Shown one piece after another: positions 12,552 through 25,300 of a stretch of 64,000 bases of DNA. The stretch's first letter is position 1. Every line of letters starts with the position of its first letter. The stretch covers positions 13,381,904-13,445,903 of the forward strand of contig NC_057719.1 in NCBI RefSeq assembly GCF_004010195.1. Direction: 5' to 3'. Made by a program: the position numbers and the translations under genes. Below the pieces are notes generated by a model that was given only the letters and a program-made list of their open reading frames with translations, had not been told where the DNA came from and did no database searches. This DNA is from Chiloscyllium plagiosum (taxonomy: Eukaryota).

Positions 12552-12695
12552 ATGTGGAGGAGCCGATGTTGGACTGGGGTGGACAAAGTTAAAAATCACA
12601 CAATACCAGGTTATAGTCTAACAGGTTTATTTGAAAGCACTAGCTTTCGGAGCGCTGCTCTCTCAGCATGTAGCTGTGGAGCAGGATCATAAGAC
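12552..12695 (-). mobile_element. Penelope-derived terminus (family 2)
   Basis: ggactggggtggacaaagttaaaaatcacacaataccaggttatagtc...cactagctttcggagcgctgctc. Confidence 0.7.
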
Positions 12696-13049
12696 AGAGA
12701 GAGAGAGAGAGAGAGAGACTAGAATGTCACATGATGAATTGTCAGTGATGTCCCAAAGGGTTGGACTTAAAACAGGGAAATACAAATTAAACTGAAACTG
12801 CCTGAAAGTTATTTCAGATTATGAACATAATGGGGGAAAAGACTGCAGTCTGAGTGAGAGACATGTTTTATGTTTTCTCCTTTCAAGAAAACTGAAAAAC
12901 AACCACATCAATGTAATTGACTCTGAAGTGACCCAGCAAGCTGCTTCGTTTATCAATCACGACAAAGTCTCAAAAAAGGCATGGAACTGGACTGACCATC
13001 TGACATTGACCTTGACAATGGCAGAAACAGCTTTGAGATACATCTGCAC

Positions 13050-13248
13050 CTATCATTTATTCGTCCGCCCATCCTAAGCATATATACTCATCTTTTCCTC
13101 GCTACACTCAGTTCTGAAGAAGGATCACTGGATCCTAAATGTTAACTCTGCTTTTTCTCCCCAGATGCTGCCAGGTCTGTTGAGTTTTCCCAGCAATTTC
13201 TGTTTCTGTTTCTGATTTCCAGCATCGGCAGGGTTTTGGGTTTTTATT
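13050..13248 (+). mobile_element. Penelope-derived 3' end (family 3) with mutated hammerhead core
   Basis: GTT-CTGAAGA-AGGATC-ACTG-GATCC-TAAA-TG-TT-AAC at 13111-13146, then cagatgctgccaggtctgttgagttttcccagca. Confidence 0.65.
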
Positions 13249-13628
13249 TACACCTTGTAGATCCTTACCTGAACAGAGGATGGTTGCAGCAAATCGACCC
13301 CAATACTAATAATTCCCATTAGTGCAGGCAGCCTCTTGCAGCAGAGTGGTATGCAGTGAGGATTGCTCATACAACACCACCCTCTAAGTGGGACTGCTGT
13401 TTAGGTGAGTATTGAATTGGTGCCTATCTCTGTGTATTTGAATAACAGCAATAAAATTAGGCTACATGGAAGAGGTGCAAGAACATTTCTGATAGGATCT
13501 GTACTGTTTAATCTCATGCTAATGTGCCAATTCTTCCATTTACACATCTCCTTCCATCAATACTCAGCAAACAACATGACTGTTGCAACTTGTTCATCGT
13601 GACATAAATGCATGCTCAAGAATGACGT

Positions 13629-13990
13629 ACACACACAGAGATACACACATAGACTCTGTCTCTCTCTCTCTCACACACACAGACACAGATACACACACAC
13701 ATAGACACACAAACATATACACACAAAGACACACAAATACACAAACAGACACATACACACAAACACGGACAGGTACACAAACACACACACACAGATACAC
13801 AGAGAAAGACACGCACACACACACACACAGGTATACAGACACACATACACAGATACACACACAGATACACACAGACACATAAACACAAACAAATACAGGT
13901 ACACAGACACAAAGACACACACACACATATATGCACACATACACACAATACACATCTGTGAACATAGACATGTGCATGCACACACACATG
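13629..13990 (+). repeat. Degenerate (CA)n-rich microsatellite
   Basis: acacacacagacacagatacac... over ~360 bp. Confidence 0.95.
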
Positions 13991-14045
13991 CCTATATCAT
14001 CCTGCCTGATGGTCATATGAAGAAACAAAACCGTACACGTCTTAC

Positions 14046-14183
14046 CCCTTGGGAGAAGTAGAAAGCAGCAATACCCAGAGGCCAGAAACAGCACAGCATG
14101 GAGAAGATGGCCAGACCCAGGTGGTCACGTGGAGGGATCATAATAAAGTTGTCTTCACTATCGCTGTCACTTGAGCAGTCACT
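14046..14183 (-). CDS. SYNDIG1L: Internal coding exon of a synapse differentiation-inducing gene 1-like (SYNDIG1L/capucin, CD225/dispanin family) gene
   Basis: Minus strand reads cttctcctgtttctctctag|AGT...CAAGGG|gtaaga (polypyrimidine acceptor, canonical donor). 138 nt, 46 codons, no stop: [70 protein letters not shown] is the SYNDIG1-family motif; the YFSQG ending matches SYNDIG1L rather than SYNDIG1 (YLSHE) or TMEM91 as I recall them. Confidence 0.92.
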
Positions 14184-14391
14184 CTAGAGAGAAACAGGAG
14201 AAGAATGATTGAGTCCATCAGCGGCAGCTCAACACTGATTTTCATTAATAGCACACAAGTAGATAAAAGACTGAATTACCAAAGCCATTAGGAAAACATT
14301 CCCAGTAATCTCATCAGATCACACAATGAAGAGAAATACTAGCTAGGAAGAAAATATAGGTCATGGCCTTGGGGAAAAGCATGTAGAACAC

Positions 14392-15030
14392 TGTGTGTAA
14401 ATCTCTGTCTCTGTGTGTGTGTGTATCTGCATGTGAATTTATATATACATGTCTTTCTACGCTTGTGCATGGGTCATTTGTGTGTCTCTGTGTCTTGTAG
14501 TATGCCTGTGTACTGTTTGTCTGTATCTGTATGTGTGTTGCTATGAATGTTTATATATGTATGTCTGTATTGGTGCTTGTACGTGTATGTGTGCGCGTGT
14601 TTCAGTGTTTGTGTGCTTGTGTGTGTGTGTGTGTGTGTGAATATGAGTGTGTATGTCTGTAAGAGACAGTGTTTATGTGTATTAGTATGTGTGATTGAGT
14701 GAGTGTGTGTGTGTGAGTGAGAGTATGAGAGAGCGTGGGTGTGTCTGAGTGTGTGTGTATATGTGGTGAGAGAGTGTGTGAGAATGAGTGTGTGTGTGAG
14801 TGTGTGAAAATGTATGTGTGAGTGTGAGTCTGTGTGAGAATGAGTGCATGAGAGAGTGTGAGAAAGTGTGTCAGTGTGGGTGTTTGTGCTAGAGTAAGGG
14901 AGAGTATGGTGTATATGTGTAAATGAGAGAGAGTAGGAGGGAGAGAGAGAGGGAGTGTGTGTGTGTATGAGAGAGAGAGAGAGGGAGACAGAGTGTGCAT
15001 CTGTCTGTGTGTCTACATGTGTGTATGTAA
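14392..15030 (+). repeat. Degenerate (TG)n/(GA)n-rich microsatellite
   Basis: gtgtgtgtgtatctg...gtgtgagagagtgtg over ~640 bp. Confidence 0.95.
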
Positions 15031-15416
15031 ACATCAGTGAATTAAAAGTTCTTTTCTGCATATTATCTCTCAATCATCGTACATAATTATTTCTGGGTAT
15101 CTCTCGATTGTATACTGCAATGACTCTCCATATCATGGTGAGATGTGTGAGTATAAAACTAGCAAAGCTGCAGCTAAAAAGCAGAGAGAGACAGTGAGAG
15201 CCTATGGAATCACTCTTTCAAAGAGGTTTGACAGGTCAAATGGCCTTTTCCTGTGGAACAGAGTCCTATGAATCTGAAACCAGAAAAAGTAGCGACAGGA
15301 CACCAGGAGAGAAAGTGAATCAAGGGCCAGAAGGCAAGCTCCCACCATTTCCAGGGGGACAGCTTCTTATGAAAGTTCCACATGTGCAAGCAGCAATCTA
15401 GAGCCTGGAGCAGGTA

Positions 15417-15730
15417 AGAATCATAGAATCATCCAGTACAGAAAAAGTCCTTCTGCCCATCGTGTGTATACTGCCAAAAATACACAACAGCCCCACATTC
15501 CTGCAGTCAGCACTTAGCCTTATCTAAATACTTTTTAAAGGTTGTGAGGTTTCCTAGTATTCTCTGGGTGAAAGCATTTTTCCTCAAATCCCCTACCTTT
15601 CACTTTGAAAGGGTGCCCCCTTGTTCTTGATCTTTCGTCTAAGGGAACAACTGCTTTCTATCCTGTCCATGCCTCTCGTAACCTTGTACACCTCGATCAG
15701 ATGTCCCCCCTCAAGCTTCTGTTGCTGATA
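15417..15730 (-). mobile_element. CR1 3' fragment
   Basis: agaatcatagaatc...ctctgggtgaaagcatttttcctcaaatcccc...ttgtacacctcgatcagat. Confidence 0.65.
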
Positions 15731-16262
15731 AAGTTAAATTGAAAGGAATGGGGAACCTAGGGGGACTAAAATACTCTTTGAAAGGTCAGCTGAATCCATC
15801 AGCAGCTTCCGCCAAGCTGAACAATTGGGGAACTATGAAGAGACACACACAAACATTGAAGAGTAAAGTTCGCATGAGTTCCAAAATATTATCCTTGTGG
15901 TGCCGAGTTTCTGGTGGCTGGCCCAGCAAATTGCATATCAGAATCGATTTCCAGTCTATATCCCCCTGTTATTTATGATGCATTTGGTGTGAAATGAGGA
16001 GAATGGTTTCACACATTCGCCCCATTGAAAGAAATCTCCCAACAGTCCAACTCCGCTGTTTTCTTGCCATCAGTCCTGTTGATCCCTTCCCGAGTGAATA
16101 TCCAACGCTCTTTTGAAAGTTACCATTGAACACAATCTTATTAAGCTCAAACTTCACCATCTTGTCTGGAGGGACTTGAACCCGTGACCCCAGAATTTTA
16201 GCAGGAGGGGTCTAGATTGCTAGCCCAGTGATATTACCACTACCTACTCACTTATTGCAACT

Positions 16263-16550
16263 AGGCAAAAGTGAGGACTGCAGATGCTGGAAACCAGATT
16301 TTAGATCAGAGTGGTGCTGGAAAAGCACAGCAGGTCAGGCAGCATCCGAGGAGCAGGGAAATCTGCATTTCAGGCAAAAGCCCTTCATCAGGAATAGAGG
16401 CAGGAAGCCTCCAGAGTGGAGAGACTTCCCCCCACCCCCATTTATCTCTCCACCCTGGAGGCTCCCTGCCTCTTTGCCCGAAATGTCGATTTTCCTGCTC
16501 CTCGGATGCTGACTGACCTGCTGTGCTTTTCCAGTACCACTCTGATCTAA
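16263..16550. mobile_element. Fold-back Penelope-derived short element (family 1) with 14-bp TSD
   Basis: Inverted arms ttagatcagagtggtgctggaaaagcacagcagg... / ...cctgctgtgcttttccagtaccactctgatctaa; actcacttattgca at 16246-16259 and 16551-16564. Confidence 0.85.
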
Positions 16551-17806
16551 ACTCACTTATTGCAGTTGTATCCTCCATTGTTACTCTGACTGAAGGTCAA
16601 CAATTACATTCAAGGCTGTGAACAGAGGAATGCTGCACACATGCAATACCTATGTATCTGCCAAACTACAAACAGTTTTCCGAACATATTATGTAGGCAT
16701 TTACTCATACTGGTGGTTCAACAATGGCTTTGAGCTACCATTTTGACAGCTGAAGATTACAATGACAGGTCAATTCAGCTGTCAGGCTTGTTCACAGTGA
16801 TACCCACGAGGTGTGTTCATGATAGCAGCACGGGTCTGCCTTTGTAATCTGGAGTTTTCATTGTCAGGCTCGTCCCTGTCACTCTTTTCGAAAAGCCAGC
16901 TTTGAATATCCGCCAAAGGGATTAACTGTCTTCCACATTTTAACTGGATGGAAGGAGTCAACAGAATTACAAAGTTCAAAGATCAGTAGATGTAATCTCA
17001 AAGATAGAATTTGATGTCATTCATTTCAGGCTACATAAGAATAAAACTAAATCTGAATATTGCTGCAGTAAGTTTGAGTTCAGGTGTATTGAACGACAGG
17101 AGAGGCTGATTCTTCCCGACAGTCTGGCTGGCCCAGGAGTGTCTGATACAAGAATAGAGAAAACCTACTTCATTCACTACCAATGGCATCCCTCATTTTG
17201 ATGAGAAAAACCACCCCACTTCACGATTTATTGATGCTGGAAACCATGAAACAGCTTATAATGTCGCATGAACCTTCTCCAATGGAATGAATATTCATTG
17301 GGTTAACTCCCCTCGCACAGTAGGGGTACAGGATTGAGCTAATTTATCAAATTAAGTGCCAGCGAGTCAGTGCAATTGCAAGACTTTATGTTGTGATGAG
17401 TCTAATGACTGACTGAGATAACAGGCAGACAACCTCAAATTAACCCATTCACTCAGGCAGTTGCAACCAATGGACTTTGTCCAATATTTAGATTTTGGAT
17501 CCAAATGCCTTTTCATTTTATTTTTTTGCCTGTCATCTCATGAGCAACATGTTGCTGGCAGGAAAGATTAATCTTAAATGGAACTTCAAAGTGTAGCAAT
17601 GATAATATAAAGAATGTTGCTTCTCTTTCTACTTCTCTGTTCCTACAAAGCAGTTTCAGATTTGGTCTGCAATTCCTGCTGTCATAAGAAGTCAGCTGTT
17701 TCCCGATCTATCAATACAATTTAATTTATAAAAGTACTTCTCATGGTCCCATTATCAACATGATCTTGTGGGATGGTAAAACTGGGAGACACAGGCAAAG
17801 GATGAA

Positions 17807-19640
17807 AACATAACATAAGAACATAAGAACCAGGAGGAGGCCTCGAGCCTGCTCCACCATTCAATTAGATCATGGTTGATCTTTTTTGTGTCCTCATCTC
17901 CACTTACCCACCCTCTCACCATATCCCTTAATTCCTTTACTGTTCAAAAATTTACCCGTCTTTACCTTGAAAACATCCAACAATGTAGCCTCAACTTCTT
18001 CACTGGGCAGGGAATTCCACAGGTTCACAACCCTTTGGGTGGAGAAGTTCCTCCTCAGCTCAGTCCTGAATCTGATCCCCTTATTTTGAGGCAATGCCCC
18101 ATCGTTCTAGTTTCACCCACCAGTGGAAACATCTCTCTACTTCTATCTTATCCATTCCCTTCATAATTTTATATGTTTCAATAAGATCCCCCCTCGTTCT
18201 TCTAAATTCCAATGAGTATAGTCCCAGTCTACTCAATCTCTCCACCTAAGGCAACCATTTCAATTCTGGAATCAACCTAGTGAACCTCCCCCTGCACCCC
18301 CTCCAGCGCCAGTATATCCTTTCTCAATCATGGAGACCAAAACTGTGCACAGTATTCCAGGTGTGGCCAAACCAGCACCCTATACAACTGCAACATAACC
18401 TCCCTGTGTTTAATGTCCTTCTAGCAACTAAGGACAATGTTCAATTTACCTTCTCAATTATCTGCTGTACCTGCAAATCAACCTTCTATGATTTTTGCAC
18501 GAGGTCAGCCAGGTCCCTCTGCACAGCAGCTTTTCACAATTTAAATAATAGTCCATTTTGCTGTCATTCTGACCAAAATGGATGACCTTGCATTTATCAA
18601 CATTGTACTCTATCTGCCAGATCGTTGCCCACTCACTTAACCTATTTACAGAGGAACCTCGATTATCCAAACGAGATGGGTGGGCACCATTTCGTTCATA
18701 TAAGTGATTATTCGGTTAATTGATTCAATGCCTCTCCTCAGGGGTTTGGCATTTTCTGAACTTTCCTTTTCCCTTGCTCTGCCTGCCTTGCTCCCTCTCT
18801 CTGTCTCAGGGTTTGTTTCTGAGCAGAGACATACACTTGTGTATAAGGGACCTGCAGCATTGCTGAATGCTTCACTTCAATGGTATTTGACACAGCGAGC
18901 ACTTTCTAAGTCCGCTTCCCATTCAATAGACTAGACAGCAGTACACCGTGCACGGGCCCCTGCGACTGGACACCAACAGCAAGACTGCTGCTGCCTTTAG
19001 GGAGGTGAGTCTCCAAATAGCGCACACACACACAGACACACACAGACACACACACAGACACACACACACACTGACACACACACAGACACACACACACAGA
19101 CACACACAGGCACACACAGACATACACAGACACAAAGACACACACACACAGCCACTTACACAACATTTTATTGCAACCTTTTGAGAAGTTTCCACTCTGC
19201 CCTGTACTTGACAATGTTGGAGAGATTATTTGGGGGAAGGGGGGTTTAGGATACACCTCTGTGTAGAACTCCAGGGAAAGTGTGGGAAGAGAGAGAGGGC
19301 GGATGGTCATTCATCTGGAGACGGTGCCTGGGCTCCCATCAATGTCCAGGAGGTTCTCAGCAGCATTTCAGTAAGTGTTGAATCATTGCAAACAAATGGC
19401 ATGATCAGTGTTGGAAACACCTCTTTGATGTAATGTTTCTATCAGGACCTCAAGATCTCCTTCAGATAATCCGATATTTGGATAATTGATATTCGGATGA
19501 TTGAGGTTCCTCTGTATATCCCCTCCAGAGATTTTCAGTGTCCTCTGCACACTTGCTCTACCACTCATCTTAGTGTCATCTGTGAACATTGACACACTAC
19601 ACTTGGTCCCCAATTCTAAAACATCTATGTCAATTGTAAA
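17807..19640 (-). mobile_element. CR1 3' portion split by a DNA transposon at 18649-19514
   Basis: aacataagaacataagaac tail; FSTQRVVNLWNSLP; WQIEYNVDKCKVIHFG; resumes with SMFTDDTKMSG after the insert. Confidence 0.85.
18649..19514. mobile_element. Non-autonomous Tigger/pogo-like (Tc1/mariner superfamily) DNA transposon
   Basis: TIRs cagaggaacctcgattatccaaa (from 18649) and ttcggatgattgaggttcctctg (to 19514), TA on both sides; no transposase ORF; internal CA microsatellite at ~19021-19150. Confidence 0.85.
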
Positions 19641-19809
19641 CACCTTTAGGACACCTTTAGATACAAGGAAAAGTTTTTTTCTCTCTCAGAGAGTCACTCG
19701 AGTATGGAATCTTCCTATCAGAAGGACATGGAGGCTGGACTGTTGAACTTATTTTGGCTAAATTCCATTGATTTTTGATAGATGAGAGGTCAAGTGTCTT
19801 GAGAGTTGA

Positions 19810-20100
19810 GGCCATAACCAAATCTGCCATATTGATTGGTTAAATAATGGGCAGAAACTGGGAAAATGAAGTATAAAGTGGGAAAATGGGAAGCTGTTCA
19901 GTTTGGAAGGGGGAACAAAAGAGCAGGGTATTATTTAAATGGCGGAAAACTGTGGAAAGCTGCAAGAAACTTGTTCATCAAACATAGAAAGCGAGCACAC
20001 GGGTGCAGCAGGTAATCAGGAAGGCTAAGGGAATGTTGGCCCTTATTTCAAGAGGGTTACAGTATAATAGTGGGGAAGTCTTGCTGAAACTGTACAAGGT
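19810..20100 (+). mobile_element. CR1 ORF2 C-terminal fragment
   Basis: gtgcagcaggtaatcaggaaggctaagggaatgttggcc...gtcttgctgaaactgtacaagg. Confidence 0.65.
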
Positions 20101-20784
20101 AGGGCACGCTTAAACAGGCGAACAGAGTAACCCTGCTCCAACGTTCCTCTCTTTGTATCCTCAAGAATTAAGCACACGTCAACCCTGAATTTCCTCAGCA
20201 TACACAGATCCCAAATTTCCTTGTGAATTATAGAAATTCTGAATTTCCTCATGGATCATTGACAGTGATCCTGAATGCCCTCAGAGATGATACAAACGGT
20301 GAATCTTGAATAACACTGTACCTCCCTATGAAGGCAAATCTGTGATGTTGCCAGTGAGCCAATCTCAAGCTGAAGAAAGTTCCCATTCATTTCAGAATCA
20401 GCCATTTTCTATTTTGGGACAGTTTGGTCTTTTCTAAGTTAGATGTCTCAGATGCCAAGAGAATGAATTTGCACAGTAACTTGCAAATTGCGAGTACATA
20501 TGTGGTTGTGGAATATCCCAACGGTCCAGCAATAAAGGGAATGGAAATATTACCAGGTAAAATAACAGGGAGAGACCCAATATCAACATCTCCGGTCCCA
20601 ATCTCCATAAATATCTCTCACGAGCAGCGAGACATCGCACTGAAGACGTGAAAATGCTCACATTCAGAGATTCCTGCTACTGCCTCCTATCTCTACACAT
20701 CATCTGTGAGCTGGGGTCTAGAGTTTCCTCCATCCACTCAACACTGACCATGCCTTCCTTGAAACAGACTTCTATAGTGTGCTG

Positions 20785-20870
20785 TCAAAAAGTGTGGTGC
20801 TGGAAAAGCACAGCTGGTCAGGCAGCATCCGAGGAGCAGGAGAGTCGACGTTTCAAGCATAAGCTCTTCA
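20785..20870 (-). mobile_element. Penelope-derived terminus (family 1)
   Basis: gtgtggtgctggaaaagcacagctggtcaggcagcatccgaggagcaggagagtcgacgtttc. Confidence 0.7.
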
Positions 20871-21975
20871 AAGAACAAAGAGCAAAGATTATCACAGCAC
20901 AAGAACAGGTCCTTTGGCCTTCCAAGCCTGCGCTGATCCAGATCCTCTATCTAAACCTGCCGCCTATTTTCTAAGGATCTGTATCCCTCTGCTCCCTGAC
21001 CATTCATGTATCTGTCTAGGATACATCTTAGATGACGCTATTGTTGCCAATCGTACCACCTCAGCTGCCAACACATTCCAGGCACCTACCACCCTCTGCG
21101 CAAAGAACTTTCCATGCATATCTCCCCTTAACTTTTCCCCTCTCACTCTGAACTCATGACACCCTGAGTAATTGAGTCCTAGGCTCTGGGACAAAGTTTC
21201 TAGCTATCCACCCTGTCTACAGCTCTCACGATTTTGTAGGCCTCAATCGGGTCCCCCCTCAACTGCCTTCTTTCCAATGAAAACAATACTAGTCTACTCA
21301 ACCTCTCCTCCTAGCTAGCATCCTCCATACCAGGCAACATCTTGGCAAACCTCCTCTGCACCCTCTCCAAAGCATTCACATCCTTTTAGTAATGTGGCGA
21401 CCAAAACTGTACGCAGTATTCCAAATGTGGCCAAACCAAAGTCTTATGCAATTGTAACATGACCTGCCAATTCTTGTACTCAATACCTCGTCCAATGAAG
21501 GAAAGCATGCCGCATGCCTTCTTGACGATCCTACTGACCTGCGTTGCCACCTTCAGGGAATAATGGGCCTGAACGCCCAGATCTCTCTGTATATCAGTTT
21601 TCCCCAGGACTTCTCCATTTACTGTATAGTTTGCTCTGGAATTGCATCTTTCAAAATGCATCACCTCTCATTTGTCCGGATTGAACTCCATCTGCCATCT
21701 CTCTGCCCAACTCTCCAATCTATCTATATTCTGCTGTATTCTCTGACAGTCCCCTTCACTATCTGCTACTGCAAACTTGCTAATGAGGCAGCCTACACCT
21801 TCCTCCAAATCATTTATGTATATCACAAACAACAGTGGTCCCAGCACGGATCCGCGTGGGACACAACTGGTCACAGGTCTTCATTTAGCGGAGCTCCCTT
21901 CCATGACTACTCTCTGTGTACTGTTGCCCAACCTGTTCTCTATCCATCTAGCTAGAACACCCTAGATCCCAGGTG
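20871..21975 (-). mobile_element. CR1 RT-to-3' end
   Basis: VPRGSVLGPLLFVIYINDL, WQMEFNPDK, PHLEYCVQFWSP, FFAQRVVGAWN. Confidence 0.9.
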
Positions 21976-22394
21976 ACTACACCTCTTATTCAGGAATATG
22001 CCGTTTCATTCATTTGATTGACAAAATTCCTGAAATATATTCAGTTCCTGTCCTCAGATTAGTTACTCTCCTGTGTATCAGGCATTGAGGGACATGACAC
22101 AGAGCAGTTTTTAACACAGAGATACAGTCATAAATTTGGTGCAAGTGGGAATTTCAATTTGAAAATTATTTTAACACCAAGAATTTGACCTGTAAATTCG
22201 AAACTGAAAGGGACTCCTGCAGAGTTGACTGGCAATCAGTAGAAATCAGTTGTTTAAATTCATATTTGCTTGCATTTGATGAAACTGATTTAGGAGCTCT
22301 AACCTACTAGGAAGGCAATGGTGTTGACAAAAGTAAGCTGTGTGACCTATTTCACAAACTGTGAATTGGTGAATGTGTGAATGGGTCAGTCCAG

Positions 22395-25300
22395 AACAGA
22401 ATGCAATGATAATGAAAGAGTAAACCAGTAACAGAGTGCAGTGAGACTGAATGAGTGAATCAGTAACAGTCTGCAGTGAGAGTGAATCAGTGAATCAGTG
22501 AAAGTGTGCAGTGAGTGTGAATGAGTGAATCAGTAACAGTGTGCAGTGAGTGTGAATGAGTAAATGAGTGAGACCGTGCAGAGAGTGAAAGAGTAAATCA
22601 GTAACAGAGCACAGTGACTGTCAATGAGCAAATCAGTAACAGAGTGCAGTGAGAGTGAAAGAGTGAATCAGTAGCAGAGCGAAGTGATTATGAATGTGCA
22701 AATCAGTAACAGATGCTGTGGATGTGAATGAGTGAATCGGTAAAAGTGCGCAGTGATTGTAAATGAGTAAATCAGTAACAGTGTGCTGTGGATGTGAATG
22801 AGTATATAATTAATACAGTGCAGTGATTGTGATTGATTAAATGAGTAACAGTGTGCTGTGGATGTGAATGAGTAAATCAGTAACAATGTGCAGTGACTGT
22901 TAATGAGTAAATCAGTAACAGAGTGCAGTGATTGTGAATGAGTAAATCAGTAACAGTGTGCAGTGGCTGTGAATGAGTGAATCAGTAACAGAGTGCAGTG
23001 ATTGTTAATGAGTGAATCAGTAACAGAGTGCAGTGAGCACGAATGAGTGAATCAGTAACAGAGAGCAGAGATTGTGAATGAGTAAATCAGTAACAGTGTG
23101 CAGCAGCGATTGTGAATGAGTGAATCAGTAACAGAGTGCTGTGAGTGTGAATGAGTGAATCAGTAACAGTGTGCAGTGAGTGTGAATGAAAGAATCAGTA
23201 AAAGAGTGCAGTGATTGTGAATGAGTGAATCAGTAACAGAGTGCTGTGAGTGTGAATGAGTGAATCAGTAACAGTGTGCAGTGAGTGTGAATGACTAAAT
23301 GAGTGAGACCGTGCAGTGAGAGTGAGAGTAAATCAGTAACAGAGCACAGTGACTGCGAGTGAGCAAATCAGCAACACAGTCCAGTGATTGTGAATGAGTG
23401 AATCAGTAGCACAGTGCAATGATTGTGAATGAATAAATCAGTAACAGAACAGTGATGGAATGAATGAATCATTAACTGATGCTGTGATTGTGACAGAGTG
23501 AATCAGTAACAGAGTGCAGCGATTGTGAATGAGTGAATCAGTAACAGAGTGCTGTGAGTGTGAATGAGTGAATCAGTAACAGTGTGCAGTGAGTGTGAAT
23601 GAAAGAATCAGTAAAAGAGTGCAGTGATTGTGAATGAGTGAATCATTAACAGTGTGCAGTGAGAGTGAATGAGTGAATCAGTAACAGCGTGCAGTGAGCG
23701 CGAATGAGTGAATCAGTAACAGAGAGCAGAGATTGTGAATGAGTAAATCAGTAACAGTGTGCAGTGGCTGTGAATGAGTATATAAGTAATACAGTGCAGT
23801 GATTGTGAATGAGTACATCAGTAACAATGTGCTGTGGATGTGAATGAGTATATAAGTAATACAGTGCAGTGATTGTGAATGAGTAAATCAGTAACAGTGT
23901 ACTGTGGAGGTGAATGAGTAAATCAGTAACAATGTGCAGTGACTGTGAATGGGCACATCAGTAACAATCACTGCACTCTGTTATAGACTTAGTCATTCAT
24001 TCTCACTGCACCCTGATAATGATTCACTAATCGACAATCACTGCACTCTGTTACTGATTCACTCATTCACAATCACTGCACTCTGTTACTGTTTCACTCA
24101 TTCACTCTCTCTGCACACTGTTAATGATTCACTCATTCACAATCGCTGCACTCTGTTACTGATTCACTTATTCACTTTTACTGCACACTGTTAATGATTA
24201 ACTCATTCACAATCACAGCACTCTGTTACTGATTCACTGATTCACAATAGCTGCACTCTGTTACTGATTCACTCATTCACAATCGCTGCACACTGTTACT
24301 GATTCACTCATTCACTCTCACTGCACACTGTTACTGATTCACTCAGTCACACTCACTGCACATTGTTACTGATTCACTCAGTCACACTCACTGCACACTG
24401 TTACTGATTCACTCATTCACAATCACTGCACTCTGTTACTGATACACTCAGTCACAATCACTGCACTCTGTTACTGATTCACTCATTCACGCTCACTGCA
24501 CTCTGTTAATGATTCACTCATTCGCAATCACTGCACACTGTTACTGATTCACTCAGTCACAATCACTGCACTCTGTTACTGATTCACTCATTCACGCTCA
24601 CTGCACTCTGTTAATGATTCACTCATTCACAATCACTGCACTGTGTTACTGATTCACTGATTCACACTCACTGCCCACTGTTACTGATTCACTCATTCAC
24701 TCTCACTGCACTCTGTTACTGATTCACTCATTCACAGTCACTGCAAATGTTACTGATTTTCTCATTCAGTGTACAGTGAGAGTGAATGAGTACAAGTGTG
24801 GCGAGATTGTAAATGAGTGAATCATTAAAACAGTGCAGTGAGAGTGAATGAGTAAATAAGTAACAGAGTGCTTTGATGGTGAATGAGTAAATCGGTAACT
24901 GTGTGCTCTGAGAGTGAATGCGTGAGTGAGTACCAGTGTAGTGAGAGTGAATGAGTGAATCAGTAAAAGGATACAGTGATTGAAAATGAGTAAATCAGTA
25001 ACAGCATGTAGTGATTGTGAGTGAATAAATCAGTACCAAACTGCAGTGATTGTCCATGAGAAAAGCAGTAACAGAGTTAAGTGAGAATGAATGACTAAAT
25101 CAGGAACAGAGTGCAGTCATTGTGAAGAAGTAAACCAGGAACAGTGAGCAGTGAGAGTGAATCAGTGAATCAGTAACAGTGTGCAGTTATTGTGAATAAC
25201 TGAATCAGTAACAGTGTGCAGTGAGTGTGAATGAGTGAATCAGTAACAGAGTCCAGTGAGTGTGAATGAGTGAATCAGTAACAGAGTCCAGTGAGTGCGA

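Noticed and set aside
13583..15073. Long Cys/Val- or His/Thr-rich ORFs
   Set aside because: These are translations of CA/TG microsatellites; the same applies at 18906-19310.
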